DNA of 24,000 nucleotides from Mangrovimonas aestuarii (lineage in GTDB: Bacteria > Bacteroidota > Bacteroidia > Flavobacteriales > Flavobacteriaceae): the NCBI RefSeq assembly GCF_028767185.1, contig NZ_JARACK010000012.1, positions 4,382 to 28,381 on the forward strand, in the 5' to 3' direction. Shown one piece after another: positions 7,690 through 16,485 of the stretch; position 1 is the first letter of the stretch; each line of letters begins with the position of its first letter. The notes beneath the pieces are model-generated. The model was not told where the DNA came from. It worked only from the letters and a program-made list of their open reading frames with translations, and made no database searches. The position numbers were made by a program, and so were the translations under genes.

Positions 7690-8081
7690 TAATTAAGTAA
7701 TATTATTTTTTAGCAATATTTACCAAAACCCGATTGTTACAATCGCTGAAAAAATAATTAATGAGATTATTTTTGGTCAACTTTATAAGGTTTAAAGTTA
7801 TTCTGATGACTATTTATAGAGTTTAATAGTTCAAAAAGACAATCGCTGAGAATTGCGTATTTGAAAATTTTCTTGACTAAGTCCCGAATACTTAATTTTG
7901 TAATGAACCTGCAAAATCAATACAATTAAATTCTAAATGCCTTTTTGTGTGTAGTAGTTTCAAATTGGCTTTGAAAACGGAAGTTTACTAAAACATAAAA
8001 CGTTCTATAATTTACATTATGTAAAATAGAATATTATAAAATCAATTCACCCTTAATTAGTTTTCATATCTTGTGAAATAA

Positions 8082-8747
8082 TTAAGACGGATCGATATAC
8101 TCCCCTTGTTTGGCTTGATTAGGAATTTGTTCTGGCATCGTTCCAAAAACATAATCCCATAATGGTGATGACACCCCAAAAGCTTTGTTTGGATCACGGT
8201 AATGATGAATGGCATGATGATGCCATAAAATTTTCAGAAAGTTATTGGGAACCTTAAAGATATGCACTGAATAATGTACCGACAAATACAATGTATATCC
8301 CATTAAAAAACCGGCCAAGAATCCAAAAACATAATCGCCCATAATGGCACGATAAAGAATAAAGAAAAAAGTAGATAAAATCAGGGCAATTACTGGAGGC
8401 ATAGCCAAACGTTTTTTGTCCTTGGGGTAATCGTGGTGAACCCCATGTACCTTATAACTGAACTTTTCAGGATTGTGATCGTAATCTGGACCTAAATGGT
8501 ACAAAAATCTGTGCATTAAATATTCAACCAGCGTAAAAACAAACATCCCAGCAAAAAACAAACCTATCATTATAGGTGTAGTGAACCCTTTTTCTATGAT
8601 TCCATAGTAAATAAGACAACATGATATAATGGTGAAAAGACTTAATGGAATGGCGATGTGTGTTTTGGTGAGTTGTTCTAAAAAAGGATTTTTAAAAACT
8701 ATTCCTGAGCCTTTGTGGTGTGGCCTCATACGCTTTTTAGTTGTCAT
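8082..8747 (-). CDS. Fatty acid hydroxylase superfamily membrane protein, FA2H/Scs7-like (no cytochrome b5 domain)
   Basis: Four His boxes: HRFLYH, HGVHHDYPKDKKRLAMPP, VHYSVH and HHHAIHHYRD..AFGVSSPLWDYVFGT. Multiple TM helices. The box spacing and the RLxxPP / FGV..WD.VFGT segments match eukaryotic fatty acid 2-hydroxylases as I remember them. Confidence 0.8.
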   Translation of the reverse strand: MTTKKRMRPHHKGSGIVFKNPFLEQLTKTHIAIPLSLFTIISCCLIYYGIIEKGFTTPIMIGLFFAGMFVFTLVEYLMHRFLYHLGPDYDHNPEKFSYKVHGVHHDYPKDKKRLAMPPVIALILSTFFFILYRAIMGDYVFGFLAGFLMGYTLYLSVHYSVHIFKVPNNFLKILWHHHAIHHYRDPNKAFGVSSPLWDYVFGTMPEQIPNQAKQGEYIDPS

Positions 8748-8904
8748 ATAAAATCTGATTTTAGCTAATTAAATGTACAAAAAAATATGGTTGTACGCTT
8801 GACATCTTCAGATTTTTCTTATGTATTGACATACAGATTATAATATATTTTCTTATTAAGAAAATGCGTAACTTTATTAGAGAAACCAATTAATTCATCG
8901 CCTT

Positions 8905-9387
8905 ATGAGACCTCAATTAGAACAGTTGTCCCTTATCTTGCAGATGAACCAACGCCTTTTTCTAAACACCTTGGCAAACATTACAGACGAACAGTTTAGC
9001 TATCGGATTACTGAACATAACAATTCTATTGAATGGATTGCTACCCATACGGTTTGGGCCCGGTTTAACATGCTTGTGTTCTTAGGAAAACCATGGCCTA
9101 ACCCTTATCAGGGTCTTTTTGAAGGTTTTAAATCCATTAAATCAGGAAAATCGTATTCTAACCTAGACGAGGTAACCGAAAATTGGAAGCGCGCCTCTGC
9201 CCTTTTATGGGACGCATTGGAACAAGCCAGTGATGAGCATTTACAGGATGAAGCTCCTATTCCTAACCCTATTGGCGATAACAGTAATTTGGGAACCTTG
9301 GCATTTTTGGTTCAACATGAAAGTTATGATATTGGCCAGTTGGGATTTTTAAAAAAATACTTCACAAAAGAAGCTATGGCGTATTAA
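8905..9387 (+). CDS. DinB-fold (DinB_2-like) protein
   Basis: 160 aa with a four-helix-bundle-like layout and His-containing motifs (EWIATHTVWAR ... LVQHESYDIGQ) resembling the DinB-superfamily HxxxH..GQ signature. Confidence 0.55.
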   Translation: MRPQLEQLSLILQMNQRLFLNTLANITDEQFSYRITEHNNSIEWIATHTVWARFNMLVFLGKPWPNPYQGLFEGFKSIKSGKSYSNLDEVTENWKRASALLWDALEQASDEHLQDEAPIPNPIGDNSNLGTLAFLVQHESYDIGQLGFLKKYFTKEAMAY

Positions 9388-9513
9388 AATATTGCTGAAA
9401 ATCAGAAAACGTTTGAGCAATAACGTTCCACTGAAATAAAACATCCAAAGCATCTCCCCTCAAAATGAATACTATCACTCTAATTTTTCAATACATTAAT
9501 TACTGCTCTTTAA

Positions 9514-12294
9514 CTAATTTTTCATTTTTTCGGCACCATCTTTAATTTCTGGAGTAATTGGATTGCCGTTTACATCCAACTCAACAATGGCATCAAAATT
9601 CAATTCTTTTAGCTTGTCCATAACCTTGGCTTTGTCACCCACAACGAACCAATCCATTGCATCAGGTTTAATAACTTTTTTGCTGACATCCCTGACACTA
9701 GAAACCGATAAATCCCTGACCATACCATCGTACTCTTGATAATAATTATCTGGCAAATCGTATCGTACCAGATTATAAACAGAACTATTCACAGAAGTAT
9801 TGGTTTCCCACTGTCCAGGCATTTGTAAAATCTGGTTGGTTTTTACTTTTTCTACTTCAGCTTCAGTAGCTGGTTTGCTGGAAATAAATTCTGAAACCTC
9901 TCTTTTGATTTCCATTATCGATTCGGCAGTTTTATCGGTTTGTACTGGTGCATAAACTATAAAAGGGCGAACGCTTTTGGCGTTTAAAACCAAGCCTCCA
10001 GCACCATAAGACCAATGTTTATCCTCTCTAAGGTTCATATTAATGCGAGAAGTAAAACTACCACCAAGAATATTAACCATTTGTTCTACAGCTACTTCGG
10101 ACATCTCACCATATTTAGTAGTTAAATTACCTGCAATAATGACAGATTGTTGCGATTCAGGGCGATCGATAAAATACAGTGTGTTCTTACCTCCTGTCTT
10201 AGGTCTGTTAAACGCTACCTTAGGAACCGATTGTTCCTTCCAATTATCAAAAGTTTTTTCAAGCATTGGTTTTAAGGTTTTCATATCGATATCTCCTGTA
10301 ACAAGAAGCGTAACGTTATTTGGTCTCACCCATGTTTTGTAAAAATTAACAACATCCGAACGTTTTAATTCTTTAACACTATGTTCGTAACCAGAACCTG
10401 TATAAGGGTTGCTATACGGATGGTCTTCACCATACATGTACTTGGTCATTACACGAAGTACCATAGTAATAGGTTGAGACTTTTCTCTTTTTATAGTATT
10501 CAGTTGTTCTGCTTTTAGTCTATCAAACTCTTTTTGTGGGAATTCTGGGTTGGTTACTACATCTGCAAACAAATCCAGGCTTTCTCCAAAACTCTGTTTT
10601 AAAGTATTCATTGTAATACTTGAATAATCCATATCAGAGCCAGTACTCAAGTTTGCTCCCAAAAACTGTAGTTTTTCATTTATCTGAAGACTATTTAACT
10701 CTCTTGTACCTTCATCCATCAAGTCCATCGCCAATTTAGCTGTACCAGGTTTTGACAAATGATCTGACTTATATCCAGCGTCTATCATCATGTCCAGAAC
10801 CATAGTAGGAACATCACTGCGTTGAGTTAATATCACTTCAAGCCCGTTGGAAAGTGTTGCTCGCTGAAGTGTTGGAAATTTAGATTCTTTGGTTGGTCCC
10901 AATACCGGAAGTTTAGAACGGTCTACAGTAGATTGAGTTGTAGTATATTCGGGAAACGGAGAGCATACTAAAGTGTGTTTTCCTTTGGTCAACCATTTTT
11001 TTGCAGTTGCTTTAATATCGCTAGGTGTAGCATTTTCAAGGTATTCCAGTTTAGTTTTATAATAAGAAGCATCACCAAAATAAGTTTGGTTCGAAGCTAA
11101 TATGTCCGATACTCCACCAAAGCCCCCAATCCGCTCCATACCTTTAATGAAATTAGATAAGTAATATGCTTTGACCCTATTTAGTTCATGCTCAGAAGGG
11201 CCATGTGTCATTAACTGTGTTAATGCATCATTAATTATTCTAGTTATTTCTTCTTTGTTTTTCTCATTCTTGAAGTTTACTTTAATTATAAAATTACTGG
11301 CAATTTCCCTAGAATATTGAAAGGCATTAACTGAATTTGCCAATTGAGTGTCATATATCAATTTTTTGTAAAGAACAGAGTTTTTTCCATTAGCTAAAAT
11401 ACCAGCAATCAAATCAAAATAAAGGTCTTCTTTATCTCCAAATTGTGGCGTATTCCAAGCCATTACCATTCTTGTTTCTGGCACACGATCTTGATACTCT
11501 TGATATGTATCCGTTAAACGTTCTGGAATATTGATTTCCTGACGTTCTATAGTTGGTCCAGACGGAATATCCCCAAAATATTTGAGCACTTTATTATAAG
11601 CTTCATCAGGTGTAATATCACCTGCAATAGCAACTACGGCATTAGCTGCTCCGTAATATTTTTTAAACCATTCATGTACGTCTTCTAAAGATGCTGCGTT
11701 AAGGTCCTCCATTTCACCAATTACCGTCCAAGAATATGGATGTCCTGAAGGAAACATTGCCTTGGTTAAATAGTTGTTTTCCTGACCGTAAGGTTGGTTT
11801 TCCCCTTGTCGCTTTTCATTTTGTACCACGCCACGTTGTTCATCAAGTAATTCCTGGGTTATGGCACCTATCATATGCCCCATTCGATCAGATTCCAGAA
11901 ACAATACTTGATCTAAAGCTGAAACAGGTACATTTTGAAAATAGTTGGTCCTGTCAGAATTTGTGGTTCCATTAACATCAGTCCCTCCTATTCTTTCGAT
12001 TGCCTGAAAATAATCGTCATTGAAGTTTTCACTGCCGTTAAACATTAAATGTTCGAATAAGTGTGCAAAACCACTTTTTCCGGGTTTTTCATTTTTTGAA
12101 CCTACATGATACCAAACATTAACCGCTACAATCGGAGCTTTATGATCTTCATAAACTAACAGCTGTAATCCATTGGGAAGTTTGTATTGTTTGTAATCTA
12201 TATTAATTTGATCTGAAGAGAATTGAAGTGTTTGTGAATAAGTGGTCAAGTGAAACATAAGGGTGCAAATTAATGCGAGCAGAAATTTTTTCAT
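9514..12294 (-). CDS. Secreted M16-family zinc metallopeptidase (insulinase/pitrilysin-like, fused two-half 926-aa form)
   Basis: N-terminal signal peptide. Inverted zinc motif HxxEH (GFAHLFEHLMFNGS). The length is consistent with four M16 domains. Confidence 0.9.
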   Translation of the reverse strand: MKKFLLALICTLMFHLTTYSQTLQFSSDQINIDYKQYKLPNGLQLLVYEDHKAPIVAVNVWYHVGSKNEKPGKSGFAHLFEHLMFNGSENFNDDYFQAIERIGGTDVNGTTNSDRTNYFQNVPVSALDQVLFLESDRMGHMIGAITQELLDEQRGVVQNEKRQGENQPYGQENNYLTKAMFPSGHPYSWTVIGEMEDLNAASLEDVHEWFKKYYGAANAVVAIAGDITPDEAYNKVLKYFGDIPSGPTIERQEINIPERLTDTYQEYQDRVPETRMVMAWNTPQFGDKEDLYFDLIAGILANGKNSVLYKKLIYDTQLANSVNAFQYSREIASNFIIKVNFKNEKNKEEITRIINDALTQLMTHGPSEHELNRVKAYYLSNFIKGMERIGGFGGVSDILASNQTYFGDASYYKTKLEYLENATPSDIKATAKKWLTKGKHTLVCSPFPEYTTTQSTVDRSKLPVLGPTKESKFPTLQRATLSNGLEVILTQRSDVPTMVLDMMIDAGYKSDHLSKPGTAKLAMDLMDEGTRELNSLQINEKLQFLGANLSTGSDMDYSSITMNTLKQSFGESLDLFADVVTNPEFPQKEFDRLKAEQLNTIKREKSQPITMVLRVMTKYMYGEDHPYSNPYTGSGYEHSVKELKRSDVVNFYKTWVRPNNVTLLVTGDIDMKTLKPMLEKTFDNWKEQSVPKVAFNRPKTGGKNTLYFIDRPESQQSVIIAGNLTTKYGEMSEVAVEQMVNILGGSFTSRINMNLREDKHWSYGAGGLVLNAKSVRPFIVYAPVQTDKTAESIMEIKREVSEFISSKPATEAEVEKVKTNQILQMPGQWETNTSVNSSVYNLVRYDLPDNYYQEYDGMVRDLSVSSVRDVSKKVIKPDAMDWFVVGDKAKVMDKLKELNFDAIVELDVNGNPITPEIKDGAEKMKN

Positions 12295-12598
12295 GACAAA
12301 CGGATATGAAGTTAGTTATCGATTAATAGTCCCTCTAAAATACAAAAAGAGATTAACATTCTCACAATCAATGAAATGCAATTATTACAAATTATCCCAA
12401 ATAATAAAATTAAACCAACTTATTTGTTTGAATTTCCCCAAGGAACGATGAAATAAACATGAAAAAACAATTTTATAACACGTTGATTATCAAGAATTAA
12501 AATGTTAAAAAAACGTTAAATATAATCTTAAATAAAACTTAAAGCATCTAATTCAACCTTATCAGCGTAGATAATAGTAAACAAATCTAATTTTAACT

Positions 12599-13435
12599 AT
12601 GAAGAAAATTTCAATTGCCCTACTTAGTTTAGCTTTAATGAGTTCATGTGTATCTAAAAAGAAATATATGGCGTTAGAGCAAGAAAATGGAGAAATTAGA
12701 AGCGAGCTTGCCAAAACTACCTTAGAGAAGGAAGATTTGGAAACCAAGTTTGCCATTATTGAAGAGCGTGTTAATTCTTATAACGATAAGATTAACAGTC
12801 TTACCGAAGAAAACAATGCTCAAATGGTTAGCGTAGAAGGTGTAGCCGTTATTTCTAACGACACGAAAGCTAAAATGCGCGAAACCCTAAAAAATGTAGA
12901 TCCTGCTAAATTGAGTCAAGCCAAAACTTTAAAAGACTCTATGGATCTTGCAGTTGCTTACAACCTTGAAAAATCTATTGACACAAGCACTTTGGAAGAA
13001 GATGAGGATATCTCTATCAATATCAATGAGACTGTAGTGATGATTTCTATTTCGGACAAAATGTTGTTCAATAGCGGAAGCTATAGAGTAAGCAATAAAG
13101 CTGACCACATTTTACAGAAACTTGCCGATGTTATCAATTCTGAGCCAAGCATCGAGGTTATGGTTGAAGGTCACACTGATTCAAAAAGTATTCAAACCGA
13201 TAAAGTTCGAGATAACTGGGACTTGAGCGTGTTGCGTGCAACATCTGTAGTTCGTAAGCTTCAAGACCAATACAATGTAGATCCATCTAAATTAATCGCT
13301 TCAGGAAGAAGTTTCCACAAACCATTAGTGGAAAACGACTCTAGGGAGAATAGAGCTAAAAATAGAAGAACGAGAATTATTATTCTTCCAAACTTAGATA
13401 AGTTCTTCGCATTAATGGACAACAACAACGGTTAG
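12599..13435 (+). CDS. OmpA/MotB-family lipoprotein with N-terminal coiled-coil region
   Basis: Lipobox MSS-C17, an E/K-rich heptad-like stretch, and a C-terminal OmpA_C-like domain (VEGHTDSKSI...NWDLSVLRATSVV...NRRTRIII). Confidence 0.85.
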   Translation: MKKISIALLSLALMSSCVSKKKYMALEQENGEIRSELAKTTLEKEDLETKFAIIEERVNSYNDKINSLTEENNAQMVSVEGVAVISNDTKAKMRETLKNVDPAKLSQAKTLKDSMDLAVAYNLEKSIDTSTLEEDEDISININETVVMISISDKMLFNSGSYRVSNKADHILQKLADVINSEPSIEVMVEGHTDSKSIQTDKVRDNWDLSVLRATSVVRKLQDQYNVDPSKLIASGRSFHKPLVENDSRENRAKNRRTRIIILPNLDKFFALMDNNNG

Positions 13436-13483
13436 TTAATTAGTCCAAATTTTCATATCCATATTACTCTGAATTCCCTCGAG

Positions 13484-13521
13484 AAAGAGGCTGCTGAACA
13501 GGCAGTCTCTTTTATTTTTTT
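13484..13521 (+). terminator. Rho-independent terminator between convergent genes
   Basis: AAGAGGCTGC (13485-13494) pairs with GCAGTCTCTT (13502-13511), with one G-U pair, followed by TTATTTTTTTT. Confidence 0.65.
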
Positions 13522-13525
13522 AGGA

Positions 13526-14575
13526 CTATCCGTTAAGTCCTCCTTTAAGGTTTAACAACTCAATATTTAACAGTTTTTCTAGCCTATTAATTGCTAAAAC
13601 ACTCCGTTTTCCTGATTGACAATACACAACAACATCTCTTTCTGTTGGAATTTCATGAAATCTTGCTTCAATTTTATCTATAGGTATGTGTAGCCCCCCA
13701 ATATGATGATTATTTCTCTCTTTAAGAGTCCTCACATCCAAAAGATTGTATTGGTCTTTGTTTTCATTTAGCTCCTGAAGAGTAATTTCTTTGACTAAAA
13801 CTTCACAATTTATGTCATATTGATTCTTAAGCTCTTGAATATGTCGTTCTTCAGTAGCACGATATTTAATGCAACTAAAACTCGTCTTAAGTGCATCGAA
13901 CAATAATAATTTCCCTGTTAACAGTTCTCCTATTCCACAAATTAATTTAATGACCTCATTAGCTTGTAAACTACCGATAACTGCTGGCAACATCCCTAAA
14001 ACACCAATTTCTGAACAATTTGGAATATTATCCACTTTTGGAGGGTTAGGATATAAACAGCGGTAGGTTGGTCCGCTCTCGAAATTATAAACACTTACTT
14101 GCCCAGTGAACTTAAAAATGGAACCGAAAACAACAGGTTTACAAGTTAACACCGCGGCATCGTTTACTAGGTATCGCGTAGCGAAATTATCGCTGCCATC
14201 CACTATTATATCGTAGTCGCCAAATAAACTTAAAGCATTAGTTGAAGTAAGAGGTTCAATGTACTGTGAAAACTGTATGTTTGGGTTGTTTTTTTTAAGA
14301 CGACAAGCTGCTATTTGAGCTTTCGGTTTACCTATATCTTCATATGTGTAAAGTACTTGTCGCTGTAAGTTTGAAATAGCAATAACATCTGGATCGATAA
14401 TGCCAATAGTACCAACTCCGGCGGCAGTTAAATATTGAAGTGTTGGGCACCCCAATCCGCCTGCACCAACAACCAACACTTTTGCAGATTTGAGCTTTTT
14501 TTGTCCTTCCTCGCCTATCTCATCCAGTGAAATATGTCGCGCATAAAACTCTTGTTCTTGTTTTGTCAGTGTCAT
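13526..14575 (-). CDS. thiF: ThiS adenylyltransferase (ThiF/MoeB family) fused to a C-terminal rhodanese domain
   Basis: E1-like Rossmann motif VLVVGAGGLGCP, conserved NCSEIGVLG cysteine region, and a C-terminal rhodanese active-site loop VVVYCQSGKRS. It is the last gene of the thi operon. I place the start at the ATG at 14575, which forms an ATGA overlap with the thiH stop, rather than at the ORF-track ATG at 14614. Confidence 0.85.
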   Translation of the reverse strand: MTLTKQEQEFYARHISLDEIGEEGQKKLKSAKVLVVGAGGLGCPTLQYLTAAGVGTIGIIDPDVIAISNLQRQVLYTYEDIGKPKAQIAACRLKKNNPNIQFSQYIEPLTSTNALSLFGDYDIIVDGSDNFATRYLVNDAAVLTCKPVVFGSIFKFTGQVSVYNFESGPTYRCLYPNPPKVDNIPNCSEIGVLGMLPAVIGSLQANEVIKLICGIGELLTGKLLLFDALKTSFSCIKYRATEERHIQELKNQYDINCEVLVKEITLQELNENKDQYNLLDVRTLKERNNHHIGGLHIPIDKIEARFHEIPTERDVVVYCQSGKRSVLAINRLEKLLNIELLNLKGGLNG

Positions 14576-15699
14576 AGTCCTGTATTTTGCCATTGCGGTT
14601 CCCAGTCTTTCCAAACAACGTCTTTGCCTTTATTTCGTAGCATAGTTGCTATAGATTCTGTACTTCGTTCGTCACATATTTCAAACTGCTCTAAAGATTG
14701 AGGCTCTACTGTATACCCTCCCGGATTGGTTTTGGATTCTGCACTTATGGACGTAATGCCTAAATCCACAATATGATCACGGAATATTTCACTTTCCCTT
14801 GTAGATATTGATAGTTCAACATCTTCATCTAGCAACCTGAAAGCACAAATAAGCTGTAACAAATCGGAGTCTGTCATTTCAACTTTGGGCTCTATTCCGT
14901 CACTATGCGGTCTTAATCGTGGAAATGAGATAGAAAATCGCGATTTCCAAAATTGTTTCTTTAAATACTGTAAATGCAAAGCCGTAAAAAAGCTGTCGAC
15001 ATGCCAATCTTCCAATCCAAATAAGGCTCCTAACCCTATTTTATGAATTCCGGCTCTCCCCAGTCGTTCAGGTGTTTCCAATCGATACTCAAAATTGGAT
15101 TTCTTACCCTTAGGGTGATGAATTTTATATGTGTCTTTATGATAGGTTTCCTGATATACCAAGACGGCATAAAGTCCTGCATTTATGAGCCGCTCGTAAT
15201 CTTTCTGTTCCAATGGTTGAACTTCAATGCTTATGTTGGCAACTTTATCCTTTATCAGTCTGATTGCGTTTTCAAGATATTCTACACCAACTGTACGATT
15301 GGCTTCACCTGTAACCAACAAAATATGGTTGTATCCTTTGGATTTTAAATAGTTAACCTCTTTAAGGATTTCGGCATCCGTAAGTGTTCTACGGGGAATT
15401 TTGTTGGTAAAACTAAAGCCGCAATACGAACAGATGTTTTGACATTCATTACTGAGATACATAGGCGCATACATTTGAATAGTATTTCCAAACCGCTTTT
15501 GTGTAAGTACCTGACTCTTTCGCGCCATAACTTCCAAAAAAGGCTTAGCTGCAGGTGAAATAAGCGCCTTAAAGTCTTCAATATCTCGATTGGTCTTTCC
15601 TAATGCAATTTTAACATCTGCTTGGGTTTTAGTCAAAATGCTATTCAGAGTTGCACCCCAGTCATAATCTCCTAAAACTTCTGAAAACGTCTTCATCAT
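14572..15699 (-). CDS. thiH: 2-iminoacetate synthase (tyrosine lyase), radical SAM
   Basis: Radical-SAM cluster motif CQNICSYCGF, ~375 aa, located between thiG and thiF. TAATG 1-nt overlap with thiG. Confidence 0.9.
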   Translation of the reverse strand: MMKTFSEVLGDYDWGATLNSILTKTQADVKIALGKTNRDIEDFKALISPAAKPFLEVMARKSQVLTQKRFGNTIQMYAPMYLSNECQNICSYCGFSFTNKIPRRTLTDAEILKEVNYLKSKGYNHILLVTGEANRTVGVEYLENAIRLIKDKVANISIEVQPLEQKDYERLINAGLYAVLVYQETYHKDTYKIHHPKGKKSNFEYRLETPERLGRAGIHKIGLGALFGLEDWHVDSFFTALHLQYLKKQFWKSRFSISFPRLRPHSDGIEPKVEMTDSDLLQLICAFRLLDEDVELSISTRESEIFRDHIVDLGITSISAESKTNPGGYTVEPQSLEQFEICDERSTESIATMLRNKGKDVVWKDWEPQWQNTGL

Positions 15700-16475
15700 T
15701 ATAAGTTTAAGAAAGCGGTTAAAGGACTACTAGCTTCAGCTTTATCACTGACAGCAGCCAATTTTGCATTATAGGCCATCCTACCAGCTTCTACCCCTTG
15801 TTTAAATGCCTTTGCCATAAGTACCGGGTTGTTAGAAACCGCTATTGCAGTATTGACCAAAACAGCATCGGCACCCAGTTCCATAGCGTATGCAGCATGC
15901 GATGGACTACCAATTCCGGCGTCGACTATCACAGGCACATTACTTTGATCGATTATAATTTGAAGGAACTCCAATGTTTTCAATCCTTTGTTACTTCCAA
16001 TCGGCGCGCCCAAAGGCATAACGCATTGAACTCCCACTTCCTCCAAACGTTTACATAATACAGGGTCGGCGTGAATGTATGGCATCACCACAAACCCCTG
16101 ATTTACTAGCTCTTCAGCTGCATTGAGGGTTTCAATAGGATCAGGCAGTAAATAATTAGGGTCTGGATGGATTTCTAATTTAATCCAATTGGTTTGGAGA
16201 GCTTCTCTTGCCAGCTGCGCTGCAAAAACGGCTTCTTCAGAAGTACGAACCCCAGAAGTATTTGGCAATAAATTAATATTGGAATGATTTAAGTGAGATA
16301 ACATAGAATCTTCTTCATTCTCAACATCTACTCGCTTTAAAGCAACCGTAACCAATTCACTTTCTGAAGCCAATATAGCTTCTTCCATAAGGTTTGAACT
16401 GCTAAATTTACCAGTTCCCGTAAATAATCGAGAATGAAATGTTTTGTCTGCTATCTGAAGTGTATCATTAATCAT
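15699..16475 (-). CDS. thiG: Thiazole synthase
   Basis: Full-length match by eye to ThiG ([12 protein letters not shown].., [53 protein letters not shown]). Confidence 0.95.
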   Translation of the reverse strand: MINDTLQIADKTFHSRLFTGTGKFSSSNLMEEAILASESELVTVALKRVDVENEEDSMLSHLNHSNINLLPNTSGVRTSEEAVFAAQLAREALQTNWIKLEIHPDPNYLLPDPIETLNAAEELVNQGFVVMPYIHADPVLCKRLEEVGVQCVMPLGAPIGSNKGLKTLEFLQIIIDQSNVPVIVDAGIGSPSHAAYAMELGADAVLVNTAIAVSNNPVLMAKAFKQGVEAGRMAYNAKLAAVSDKAEASSPLTAFLNL

Positions 16476-16485
16476 AATAATTTGT

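Noticed and set aside
7761-7826. A 21-codon ORF (MRLFLVNFIRFKVILMTIYRV) in the convergent gap.
   Set aside because: It is short, has no distinctive features, and overlaps a TAttTTTG-like box. There is no reason to prefer it over chance.
8011-8025. The 15-bp perfect palindrome TTTACAT-T-ATGTAAA and the nearby 7-bp hairpin at 7958-7976, considered as terminators or operators.
   Set aside because: Both are almost entirely A/T, have very low predicted stability, lack a flanking U-run, and are of a kind expected by chance in a spacer this AT-rich. They are mentioned only as part of the gap description.
12263-12451. A 62-aa plus-strand ORF spanning the M16 start codon region and the divergent intergenic spacer.
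   Set aside because: It begins antisense to the M16 signal-peptide codons, has asparagine/lysine/tyrosine-rich AT-driven composition, and shows no motif. The region is better explained as promoter space for the two divergent genes.
12483-12493. TTGAT-T-ATCAA, which resembles FNR/CRP half-sites, upstream of the OmpA/MotB gene.
   Set aside because: The spacing (1 nt) does not match the TTGAT-N4-ATCAA FNR consensus, and an 11-bp AT-rich palindrome is not significant on its own.
12459-12500. A 13-codon mini-ORF (MKKQFYNTLIIKN) in the 304-bp divergent spacer, considered as a leader peptide.
   Set aside because: It is too short, has no associated attenuator structure, and has no supporting signal.
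12562-12756. A 64-aa minus-strand ORF overlapping the start of the OmpA/MotB lipoprotein gene.
   Set aside because: It is antisense to a well-supported lipoprotein signal sequence, and no independent evidence supports it.
14576-14614. An upstream ATG at 14614 as the thiF start (the longest ORF).
   Set aside because: It would overlap thiH by 43 nt and add 13 unremarkable residues. The ATG at 14575 gives an ATGA coupling junction and a typical ThiF/MoeB N-terminus. The longer form is not excluded.
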